Shown here piece by piece: positions 27,387 through 38,831 of a DNA stretch of 64,000 nt (position 1 is the stretch's first letter; each line of letters begins with the position of its first letter). The notes under the pieces are model-generated. The model made no database searches. It had not been told where the DNA came from and saw nothing but the letters and a program-made list of their open reading frames with translations. The position numbers were made by a program, and so were the translations under genes. The stretch is from NCBI GenBank assembly GCA_002189035.1, contig NEEC01000002.1, positions 4,092,001 to 4,156,000 of the forward strand, given 5' to 3'. The stretch is from Utricularia gibba. Its lineage: Eukaryota; Plantae; Magnoliophyta.

Positions 27387-28613
27387 GCACTTTTTTCAAA
27401 CACCCATACGATTTACGACGGAAGTGGGTGCTTGGAAATCTTCTCAAACACCTCTTCCCAGACATACTGACGATAGATGTGGGTGCCTAGAAAATGATCT
27501 CAGGTCCCCTCGTGACACTCTTACATGAGGCATGACCAAATGCGGGTGGCCAGGGAATGGTCTCACTCTTTCAGATGTTTTTCCCGGACACTAACAAGCC
27601 AATGTAGGTGTCTGTAAAAATGTAATTTTATTATATATGTTTTCAATTACTGATAATTTTATCAATTTAATAATTTATTTCATTTATTGTATATACTATA
27701 AATTATAAAATTAGAGTGAGATTAATAAATATAAAATGTATAACCTCAATAGAAAAATATTAAATTACTCAAATTTAATGAATAATTTTCAACGAAATAT
27801 ATATTTTAACATTTCATTACCTACATATTTTTCTCAATAACTAGTTATGTGTTGCCAAAATCTCTAATTCATCCATATTGGTAGCACAATGCATATTTAA
27901 ATATAAGTATATATTTAAAATACTCATTTGAAGACTGTGCACACTGTGGAGTTGCACATAGTTTTGAAAGTAACCGTTGCTATTAATTTAATAAAAAAAT
28001 TTGTCTATATATATGATATGATTATCTTATAGTTTTCTATTACTTTCTCTTATTGTCTTATCACTCATTACCAAAAATAATTCTATTTCAACTTCTACAT
28101 ACAACTCGTGATTGGAGATACTCTCAAATCTCAAGTTTCAAATTTCCACTTGAACGACATTGGTGAGGCCTACAGGGTAACAGGTTTTTTTATTTTTTAC
28201 AAAATGGAGGGGTCTGGTTTACAAAATTCTTCTGAAGCTTCTCAAGCTGATTCTACTATACCTTGCGTTTTTGAAAATGATAAAGAATTTTCTTTTGGGG
28301 AAGACCTTCAATTTCTACAAGAGCTTGAATGTGGTCCCTTACCTAAACATGATGATTTTACTAGTCCTCAAGAAGTGGGTTCTTCTACCTCATTGACTCT
28401 CCTTTGTCGTAAAAGATTAAAAAATACTAGTGATGATTCTTTGGATGTTGGAGAGCATTGTTTCCAATCCCGAAAAAAATTTCTTGTAAACATTGTGGTA
28501 AAGAGTATACTTTTAAAAAAGGTTTGGGGAACCGGTACATATAAGAGGCATGTTAGGGAGAAGCATAATGATAAATAACCACAGTTTCGTCAGACTAGAT
28601 TATGTTTAGGGGG

Positions 28614-30169
28614 TGATGAGTGATTTTGTATCGTTCCAAAACATGTTCTTCCACTACTCTTGAGTGTTGTTTTTACTTATCTTAGACTCCACTTTCTCAT
28701 TAATCTCAATTGATTTTGCATCTTTCACACTACTTTGATCTTTTTGGAGATAAAGTGTATTTTTTTTATTTTTAAGGTACTTTTGGATCAAATTGAGGAG
28801 AAATCAAGACCCATCAAATTATGGACTTGATGGGCCCTGAATCTCAGCCCAAGACTCGGTCAAATGATGAAGATTTGGTCCAAGATTCGTGGATAAGATA
28901 GAGATATGAAAAGATCTTCGAAGATTTGGATAAAAGATTTGGATAGAAGATCTTATCCAAGCCCATCGAATAAACTCAATATAAAGACTTGGATCTAGTC
29001 TCCTATAAATACCCTACCCTCTCAACCATTAGAGACGTCTTTGACCACTTTTACTTTAAATCTTTCTTATTTTCGTGTCTATTTCCATGTTTGAGTCAAG
29101 TCTGCGCGTGTAGACGCTTGCGGCTGAGGATCTGTGATGAAGCCTTGCTTGCGCAAGTCCTGCGCGTGTGACTGTTTTACTATGTTTTTCGACATTTAAA
29201 TTGAGGTTTGATTCTGTTTTTCGCAACGTTTTCTTTACCAACGTGCTCTTTAGTATCACATAACCCGAAGCGAGTGTGGGAGAATCAAAGGTTGGCCTCA
29301 AGCACCTAAGGAGAAGGGCTCAATCGGACAGCGTTGGTAAGGCACATTCTATCTAATCTGTCTACGAGGTATGAGGTGTAGGGGTTTGATTTGAGTGTGG
29401 GGAAAACATGGGTTATCACAAGAGGTGAAATGGCTCTGGTACGGTGGTTGTTTCCATAATCCCACAAAACAAGGGACGGTGCTATAATGGTCACCGAGTA
29501 GCACTATTTTAGCATAACACCCCAAAGCTTGCGCAAGCAGGTAAGTCTTCAAGGTTTACACACATGTGTTTGGGCGAGTTTTAAGCAAGGTGAATCCTGG
29601 ATCTAAAACCAATTTTCTTATTGTTATTAAAACCAAATCTTTCTCTTGTTTTCGTTCTTTTTTCAGTCTTTGTTTGAAAAGAAAATTCCAATAACAATTC
29701 CCTGTGCATACGATCTTATTTTATTAGTTCAAAGGTTTCTGTGCACTTGCAGAATCACCATCAAGTTTTTGGCGCCGTTGCCGGGGAATTGTATTCCTTT
29801 GGATTTTCTTTTCTGATTTCGTTTTTTGTTATTTCTTATTTTTCTGTTATTTTCGTAGTTTTTCTCTATTTGGGCACTTGCACAAGCAGCTGGTTTTCTC
29901 CATACAAAAAAAGAGGTAAAAAAAAATCTTTTGTTTTCAATTTTCGTTCATCATTTGCTTGTGTAGATATGAGGAGACTTGATCGAGATGTAACCTTTAA
30001 TCTTGAATTTGAGAAAATTGATGGGCGAATTAGATCAAGAAACCGGTTTGCACAACAATATTATCCTTGGGTGGCAGATTCTAGGATGCGTTCTCGAAAG
30101 ATGGATGACCTATTTTATCCTGAAGAATCACGTGTTGAGAGATGCATCCTTGAGCACAAATCACCATCA
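28614..30169 (+). mobile_element. Internally deleted Athila element: full 5' LTR (28614-29763), PBS, gag start, last about 11 bp of the 3' LTR; TSD GGGGG
   Basis: tgatgag...aatcaccatca is followed by a PBS, and aatcaccatca recurs ending at 30169. GGGGG lies at 28609-28613 and 30170-30174. Removing the insert restores the hAT frame (RQTRLCLGG|DNSVGLSNF). TATA at 29004-29011. Confidence 0.85.
29770..29787 (+). promoter_or_regulatory. Primer-binding site complementary to the tRNA-Asp 3' end (Athila type)
   Basis: TGGCGCCGTTGCCGGGGA, 6 nt after the LTR end. Confidence 0.9.
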
Positions 30170-32799
30170 GGGGGTGATAATAGTGTGGGATTATCTAATT
30201 TTGTTTTTAATTATAAACTTTTTCAAGTAAGTGTGGTGTGCTATTTGATACATAATGAACTTCCTTTTTCATTAGTTGAAAAATCTTCTTTTAATGATAT
30301 GTTTAAACAAGCTCAACTAGGATACAAAAAATTTTCTAGAAAAACCGCACATCATATGGCACTTGAGGATTTTAAAAACATGCGTGACTCTTTAATTTCT
30401 ACTTTTAAATCTCGATAATGTAATTTTGTTTGACTTGTGATGGTTGGAAAGGTTGTAATAATGAGGGTTATATTGTTATTACATGTTCTTGGGTAGATAA
30501 TTCTTGGTGTATGCAAAAACGAATTTTAGCTTTTCAAAAATGGCCATCACCACATAATGGTTTTTCTATTGCTAAAATCATTGAAAAGGTTACAGCATTT
30601 TATGGACTATCTGATAGGAATTTTTCTATTTCTTTGGATAATCCTCTGCAAATACAAATGCTATTGACATTTTGAAAAGAAGCATGACTCCTATGTTGAA
30701 TAGCATTTTTTTCCACACTAGGTTTACTTGTCATATCTTAAATTTGTGTGTTCAAAATGGTTTAAAAGAATGTGAATTTTTTTAACTCCTATTCGTGATT
30801 TAGTTACCATGATTAGAACTACACCTAATAAAAGAGATTATTTTAAGAGGATTTGTCAAGAAAGAAATATCTCTTATTGAAAATTTAAAAGTGATTGTCT
30901 AACTAGATGGAATTCTACATATGATATGTCACAATTTTTGATTCCTTATAAAAATGTTCTTATTGAATTTTTTGAATCTTTTACGGGTTTAAATTTCTTG
31001 ACTAATTCTATTTTTGAAAAAATAAGAGATTTAGAAAATTTATTAGAAACATTTTATTCTTGTACTAAGATTTTGAGTGGTATTTATTATGCAACTTCTC
31101 AACTTTTGCTTTCATGTATTTGTAAAATTTCGTTTGCTTTTTGTGATCATCAAACTGATTGTGATTTTTTGGGAGATGTAGTGCGAAATATGAAAAATAA
31201 GTTTTTGAAATATTTTGATGAAATCCCACATTTGTTTCTTATTGCACCTATTTTGGATCCTCATATTAAATCTAGAGGTATGAAAATATCACTTGAATGC
31301 ATTTTAGAGTCATTTAGTGTAGATGATGTTGCTTTTTCCATTAAAAATTGTGAAGAAATAGACGTTGATGCTAACAATGTTTTACGTGCCATGTATTCTC
31401 TTTATGCTTCTAAATATAGTGATCTTAGTGTTCCTATTCCTAAAACAGGTAATAATTCGATGTTTGGCAGTCGCAATCAGATGGACATTATTCGTAGAAA
31501 ACATAGCTCATTTGTGTCATCCTTTTCATCATCTTCATTAAATTCTGTTGATCAAATTACACTTTACAATAATACTCCTATTGTTGAGAGTGTTGATGAT
31601 GACAACTTTGATATATTGCGCTGGTGGAAGACAAATTCTACTACTTACCCTATCTTGGCTAGAATGGCCAAAGATCTTCTAACACCTTCACCATCTACAG
31701 TAGCATCCGAAAGTGTGTTTAGTGCAGGGGGACGAGTTCTTAATCACAAGCGGTCCAAGTTGAACGTAGAGACCCTGGAGGCATGCATTTGTCAAAAGAA
31801 TTGGCTAGAGGCATTGAAAAGAAATCACACATTATCCTCAAGTTCAAGTGAAGATGAAGTTGAAGACTCCTAATTTGAAAACATTGTGTGCTCAATGAAG
31901 TACTATTATTTTGTAAAAGTACATTGTATTCATGGCTTTCATTAAAATTATATGACCCAGATACTTACCAAAACCTTTGGATACATGCTTACCAGGCATC
32001 CACATGCGCAAATGTTGGTGCCTGGAATATGGTTACACTCATAAGGATCGAGCATAAGGATAGAGTGCAATATTTTTATTAAAATAAATAATGCACTCGA
32101 TCCTTATTGTTCCTAAAGATAGAGTGCCTGGAATATGGTTGCTCATTTGTAGACACCCTTCCGAGGCACCCACATGAGGGAAGTGGGTGTCTGGAAAAAA
32201 CTGTCTCAAATCTAGTGTTATTGAATAGTGTTATTGAATATTTTTAGTGAAATTAATCTTATTAAATCTAGTTTTTATTGAATTTTTTCGGACTCTACTT
32301 TTATTCAATCTAATCTAATTAAATTTGTTTGTTAATTTTTTTTTTTTTGATTCTGTTCTTATTCAATATTTTTTAAAGATATTTTTTTCAATGTATTTTT
32401 ATTCAATCTATTCTTATTGAATACTTTTCTATCTATTTTTATTCAATCTATCATTATTAAATATTTTTTAATCTATTCTTATTGAATATATATTTATAGA
32501 GTTTAATGTTATTGAATATTTTTTTCAATACCTTTTTCGAATATGTGTATTCAATTTATTGCTATCAAGTTTAGACTTGTCAAAATTACTCATATTTAAT
32601 ATTTTTATTGAATATTTTTGTTGAATCTATCGGTAATAAATCTTTTTTTCTTGTAATATTTGATACCTTGGACAAAAGGGATATATAAGATCTTATACTT
32701 CTTTTCACAAATATGCAAAGGAGTTTTATTGACATTTTATCACCATTTGTGGATGCACTGGGGACAAAACATTATTAGTGTGGTGTGTTGAAGAATCCT

Positions 32800-33108
32800 T
32801 GAGTATCCCAAGAGAATGATGACTTGTCCTAAGAGAGTAACGATGTTGAAGGGGACGAGCTCACACATGGTCTCAATGATATGGATGAGAAACTTGAATT
32901 TATAACAAAGGAGAATGAAGAGCTTCGCTACAAGTTGGAATGGTATGAGAGTCGTTGGGTATATACCGGACCCTCTTTGAGTGCCTCTGAGCCTCAGCGA
33001 AAGCTGATAATCTTGAATGTCAATGGTGTGCTTGTAGACATCGTGTATAGAGCTGGACCGTCAAGGTCACGAATCCCTCCAAATAAAATTATATATGGCC
33101 GATCAGGT
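32800..33108 (+). pseudogene. Captured exon of a NIF/FCP1-like (HAD) phosphatase-domain gene inside the hAT
   Basis: QRKLIILNVNGVLVDIV...PPNKIIYGR resembles the plant NIF-family start KKLLVLD(I/L)NGLLADIV. It ends at a donor-like cag|gtact just before the 33117 LTR. Confidence 0.55.
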
Positions 33109-33116
33109 ACTAAAAC

Positions 33117-34579
33117 TGTTGGGTTTCTCGTAGACATCATATGTCTCAAAAGCAGTGGAATTTTAAAAATTTTCAAAAACCCCCAACGCAGATCTTGAAT
33201 ACGGTATACATCAGACTAAGGGATGCTGAAATAATTTTTAAATGACTCCGTTACTCACCAACCACCAATAGGAGACGGCCTCTATGGTATACACACGTGG
33301 AGCACTCCGTAGATAACCTTCTCATGGCTCTTGAATGCTGGTCGAATTTCTCAGGTGCTAGTAGAGAAAAACGCCTCCTTGTGGATTAGTCTCAGAGAGC
33401 ACGAAGACCCTTAGAGCATATCACAAGATCTAAATCTTTTGATAGATATTTGATAAGATATCAACTCATATCTCCGTAAAGATCTTATCTTGTGGAGATA
33501 TGTATATGTTCCAAATCTTATTTATATATGATCTTTTATTTTGAGTTTAATCAATATTAATCTCAAAATAACTCTCAATTTAATTTATCCACTTTACCAA
33601 TTACATCTCATGTAATTGTGTCATTCTATTTTATATCGTTGAGTGACTCCACTATTGTGTGTGACCCTATAAGCTTCTTTAATCAAGGCCGTAATAATGG
33701 ATTTATTAACTAACTGTTAATTAATCAAATCCATCATTATCGATCATGAGTGATGTCTAGCAACATATCATGATCCCCAAGATGTAAGAATAATCAGGTG
33801 AACTGATTGAGCCTTTCCATGACCAGCCACCATGCAATGAACAGCTTTCATCATACTTATATCTCATTCGATACTAGAACATGGGTATGTGTCTTTCTGA
33901 TATATCAAACTTATAATTACATTCAAGCACTAACACTCAATGACCTACTCAAACAATTCGAGTGTCATTACCCTGGGCCCAGGACTTACTGTTAGGTTTG
34001 ATGCAATTAATTGAGATATGATCTCATCGCTACCATGAGTGATGAATACTTTATCGATCAATCAAGTATCTCCAACCTTAAGGAGTCACATCCCTACTCA
34101 TCCATACTAGGCAAGCCATGGTTAGGTTCCCATTAGTAATGAGCGAAAATGTAAGCTTAAGATCAAGATAACTTTGTTGACCTCAAGTCTAACCTTACTT
34201 GCACGGCTGTCATATTCGAGATCTTGCCACTGACACTTGGTTAGCTTCCCATAGTAGCATCTCGAAGATGAGTCATCCAGTGAATCGATTCTCTAATCGA
34301 CACCCACACATAGGTTCTAGTTATCTCATTACATCAATTGTGAGAACCATTGCCTAAACAATTTAGGGAACTCAATGTGTGCCAACTTATCCGTATTTGT
34401 GATATCCTCATTTCACAAATACTCTAGCTAGGGAGTTTTTAACTTGATCATGAGTGCTTGAAGAATCTCACATTATGATCTCATCATAATTTCTATAGCA
34501 CATAGATCAAGTAGAGGATTTTATCAATGATATAAATTTAATCACAATTCAAAGTAAATATCATAACATAAGATTTGCC
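33117..34579 (-). mobile_element. Angela-type LTR lacking about 37 bp at one end, nested in the hAT
   Basis: Starts tgttgggtttctcgtagac at 33117 and is an inverted match to 610-2109 up to atttgcc (about 34579). The right terminus and TSD are lost. Confidence 0.85.
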
Positions 34580-35519
34580 TCAGAATTAAGGTTGTTCTTC
34601 GAGGTCATCCAGGCATTCTGATCCATTATTGAGGGTGTCTGCGATCTTCTATGTAGTCTGGACACCCTTAACGAAGGCAACGTGTACTTTAGAATTAGGG
34701 TTGTGGTTAGAAGTTGTCCAGACACTCTAATCCATTATTAAGGGTGCCTGGGATCTTCTCTGGAGCCTGTACACCGTTAAAGATTATTAAGATACGTGAA
34801 ATATATGATGTTAATTTTGAAAATATAATCTATTTAATCCTTCTTATTTTTTTTTTCAAAATATATGAAGTTTGGAAAATCTTTATAAAATAGATAATGT
34901 TTTTATTTTAATTTTAAAAATACAAAATACATACAAGAGATTATATAAAACAACTATATAAACATCTTCATTTTAAAAATAAATATATAAATAATAACTA
35001 TATACATTTTATATGATTTGTAATCTTGTTGTATTTGTTTTAAAAAATTTAATTTTATCAAATATATATTCAAATGCTAATAATTTAATTATTTATTTCA
35101 TTTATTTAAGTCACAAATTATATTGATTTTAATTATACTTTATTGAGATAGTTTATCAAGTAATTTAAGTTAATGTTTTTTATAAATTAATATAGTATAT
35201 TACCTAATATATCTAATTAAATACAAAAATTAATATTGTTAAATATATTGTTTTATAATATTCAAATATTAAAAAATTAATAATTATTAAAAATTTCACT
35301 GCCAGTCACACATAATGATTCATATGGGTGACTTTAAAATACCTACAAACAGTAACCGATCGATTCCGGTTATGGTTCGGTTCGCAAATCTCAACTCCAG
35401 TTTCGAACTGAAACCATTCATACGGTTCCGGTTTCTTTTCGGTTCAAGGTTTTGGGATACGGTTCCGAACCGAAACCGGATCCGTTGCCTACAGTGAACC
35501 TCGGTTTTGGAATCGACAG

Positions 35520-36647
35520 TATTGGCAATTCTGAGCTTGACTAAGGATATATTTTTTTGTGATCAAATATTTGGACCGAATAGTGGAGATATTCAACTCA
35601 CTGGATTTTCTACCCATCTAATTTTTGGGAGTCAGAGAGGAAAAAGATTCCGAAGGGATTGAAGGAAAAGAATGGAAACCCTAGGGATAATGGAAAACGG
35701 GAGAGGAAAAACTCGAAGACCCAACGGAGCGTAAGCTAATCGAGGAATACAGAAAAAAGCGAGGAGTGTACGGGTACCTGAAAAATTCACGATTTCCGGT
35801 GGGTATCATGGTGGTGAGGTACGACGTAGCACGACGGAGCACAAAAAGCACTAAAATCTCATGAGCAGAAAGGAGCAAAGGGGGAAAAATGATGGGAGGA
35901 GCGCGTATTTATAAGAGAGATATTCGGAAGATGAAGCGGCAAGTTGTAATGAACACGAATAAACGTGGAGCGCCCAAGAAACGATGCGTGGCATAGATAT
36001 CGGTTTAAATCGGGATGAGACCTACTCATGGGAAAGTGGCACACATGAGATCGGTATAGCAGTAATTCTGATTCACCGACCTGCCTTGGAAAGGCCAATA
36101 TCGGTAAATCAGAGGGGCTGAATGGTGGGGTTTAAATCGGATTGGGTTAATCGGTCTCTGAAAAGTTGCCAAAAGGTGTTTTGACGGAATAGCACAAGCC
36201 GACAGACCGATAACTGTTGGAATCTGCCAGCAATGGCCATTTGCACAATCTAAAAAGTAGCCGAATTACGTCAATGACAGAGCAGGTGGCGGCTATCCGA
36301 AAAGCAGAATCATAGTACGTGCAGCAGGCACAGAAAACAACCGACACCTACGGAATTCAGAACTCGATCAGATCAACCTCTCTTATAAATATAAAAAATC
36401 CCGAAGAAAGAAGGGGTCGACTTTAAGCTCTCCACCTCCATCTAGTGAAGTCATTTTCTAGCGAGCTTCAACAAGCTTCATGGTTTTTTCGTTCTCCAAC
36501 GGTTTCCACGTAAAAAATCCTTGTCTATCTTTATTTCTATTAATCACTCTAGGCCTAATACTTAAACCCTATCCGGAAACAACGCATCTAACCGTATCCA
36601 TAACTCGAAAATCAGCCCTATCTGAATATCAATTTTCATCCACAACA
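35520..36647 (+). mobile_element. 3' end of a Tat/Retand element: internal region, PPT and 3' LTR (36123-36647)
   Basis: Inverted homology to 61825-62900. PPT-like agaggggc at 36111-36118. LTR runs tggtgggg...ccacaaca. TATA boxes at 36384-36391 (+) and 35906-35913 (-). Confidence 0.7.
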
Positions 36648-36849
36648 GTCTCCACGAATTTTCTCTATCTTGTTATGTCTACAAAGTCAATGGAATTATC
36701 TCCAATAGCCTAATTCATTCTAAAGATGCCCATTCAGTGCACATAATACGGCTATCGCTTGTATTTAAGTAAGCACAACCTTGGAATATGCTGCAACAAG
36801 CATAGAATCTATGCACACTTACAGTAACTTTAAAATTATAGAAGCACAC

Positions 36850-37088
36850 CTACAATAACTTCATCATCAGCATCCATAGTGTTGGCTACCTTATTGAAAC
36901 AAGTTTCCAACTTGGTTAAGAAATCTATAAGGAGGTAGTACTCTTTTTTTTTTCATGTATACACTTTACTCGATATGTGTAGAAGTGTGTGGATATAAGT
37001 TCTTAGATTATGCTTCCCAAACTCAGACTGCACCCCTTGGTGATACCCACTTCTGAATCCATTTTCTATCTTTCCACCCATCATTCAG
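36850..37088 (-). pseudogene. PIF/Harbinger Myb/SANT-like ORF fragment
   Basis: LNDGWK-IENGFRSGY...HISSKVYT*KK.EYYLLIDFL...DADDEV matches the pattern GWK.ENGFR.GY...PHI.SK..WKK.Y of Harbinger ORF1. One frameshift and one stop. Confidence 0.65.
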
Positions 37089-37134
37089 GTTTGTTTGTTT
37101 TTTTTAGTAGAAGCTTCACATGGGTTAGGCATAT

Positions 37135-37680
37135 CAAGAGATGAAAGTTGGGCCCAACCGGGCCAGCCTGACCCTATTTCGAAAGGCTTTAACCAATTTT
37201 CAGGCTAGGGTCAGGCTGAAGCTCGAATACATAAAAGAATGATTACTATGGCCCTAACCCGATTATTTATTGGGTTGGGTTGGCTATACCTGTCACATGA
37301 GCCTTCTATATAATAAATAAAATATTTTAAAAAATTATTAAATATTAATATATATTTACATATTATTTAAATAATTTATAGAAACAAATTTAAAATTATT
37401 ATATAAATTATTAATTCATATTATTTATCCTAAAAATTAAATAATATATATATAATGAAATAAAATTATTCAATATTAAAAATCATTATAATTATAACAC
37501 ATAAAAATCCTATTTTTAAATGGGCCATATGCCCATTGGGTTTTTAGACCGGAAGCCCGATCAGGCCTAAGAGATTTGGGCCAAAAAACTCGATTATTTT
37601 TCGGATCATCAGTATACAAACCCAAGTCCGATGTTTTTTAGGACTGAGCTGGGCTGGCCCACGAGGTTAGACTTCAACTA
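37135..37680. mobile_element. Degenerate MITE-like element (GC-rich ggcc/cccga ends, AT-rich core)
   Basis: Imperfect inverted ends (gggccagcc vs ggctggccc) around a very AT-rich centre. No clean TIR or TSD. Confidence 0.35.
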
Positions 37681-37829
37681 AGATCATAAATTGGTCAAAC
37701 GGTAACATGAATTTGAGGTTAGAGGGAAGATAATATATTTACAATATTTTTGTTTTACATGGAAAACAATATATTTATAATTTCATACATACATAGGTTG
37801 TTTGATGGCAGAAGCAACAAAGCGCTATT

Positions 37830-38260
37830 TGACTTTGTTGATTCAAATTTTACAAGAGCTAAAAGATTTAAGAAGCAACTGTGGCTATATATTCAAATAT
37901 GCATCAATAGTAATAAGTTAGAATGCAAAGAAACAATTGGATATTGCACAGTCTAACAATGAAATTGAATATGTCGCTGCTTCACTTGTAGCGAATCATG
38001 CCTCCTAGCTAAGGAAGATGCTCATGGACCTCCATAAAACAAATCAAAGAGCAATGATGGTGTTATGTGATTGACAAAGTGCAATTGCAATGATGGTGTT
38101 AAAGATCCAATTTTTTATGAGAGAACAAAATACATCTCCATCAAGTATCATTTCATTAGAAAGAGATTGAAAAATAAAGAATTAAACTTGTACACTATTG
38201 CTCACAAGAATAAGTTACTGTTATATTTACAAAGGCTTTATCTCTCTGTCAAGATTAAGC
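37830..38260 (+). pseudogene. Ty1/copia RNase H remnant
   Basis: FVDSNF, EYVAAS-like and DPIFYERTKYISIKYHFIR motifs spread across broken frames. Confidence 0.7.
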
Positions 38261-38831
38261 TCATAGGAGAGCTTGACAACACATTTGAGCATCTTCCAAG
38301 AGATTAAATTCACGAACTCTAGGTTGTCAAAAGGAATATCATCTATACTACTTCTCTTGAGGTTTTTCAAGATTCAAAGATCTTTGAATGGGATTACAAG
38401 TCAACATTGAGATCGATGCTAATAATTTTCATGAACTCATATCTATTTAAAGCCTTCGATTGTATTTTGTTTGTTATAGTTTTTTTTCTCTTACAAGTAC
38501 AATCATTTTGTTTGAACCAAAGAGCCTTCTTTCATATCCGCAAATGCTGATAGATCTATTCTTTATCCCTCCCTTTCAGATTAACAGTTTCGTTAATGCA
38601 TATTCACTTCTATGCCATGAAACCATTCTTTTGGCCAAAGATTCGTTGAGCAAGAAGTAGTTTTTTCTTTGGGAATCGGTGTTGATTCTTTGGGAACGCA
38701 GCGTAGCGGGAAACAAACAATCTGAGCGTGGGGGAACTTCGCCACAATGATGAGAACTTCAACAGTTTGTTCGACACACTAAAAGAAAGCGACAAAAGTG
38801 TAGTAAATTTTCCGGTATAGATGTCTTTCAT

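Larger units (their letters stand above)
28108..31873 (+). pseudogene. hAT transposase pseudogene (BED finger, DDE core, dimerisation domain)
   Basis: BED finger CKHCGKEYTFKKG-GTGTYKRHVREKH at about 28485-28566 (frameshifted). Core motifs IHNELPFSLVE, TCDGW...YIVITCSW and RWNSTYDM. Dimerisation domain FDILRWWK...YPILARMAKDLL...STVASESVFSAGGRVL. Several stops and frameshifts, and split by the 28614-30169 insertion. Confidence 0.9.
27096..35489 (+). mobile_element. hAT DNA transposon (defective) with nested insertions
   Basis: The left end is TAGAGGTGGG followed by dense gaacc/ggttc subterminal motifs (27100-27275). A mirror cluster lies at 35350-35489, ending ccggatccgttgcc, and a transposase remnant lies between them. 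The right TIR is incomplete and no 8-bp TSD match was found. Confidence 0.8.

Noticed and set aside
28609-28613. GGGGG before the LTR read as a PPT, implying a tandem element sharing an LTR
   Set aside because: The same GGGGG follows the other terminus, and removing the insert restores the hAT frame, so it is the TSD.
1231-34000. Recurring 62-85 aa ORFs at 1231-2053 and 33807-33995
   Set aside because: They lie within copies of the same LTR, so their recurrence reflects repeat identity, not coding function.
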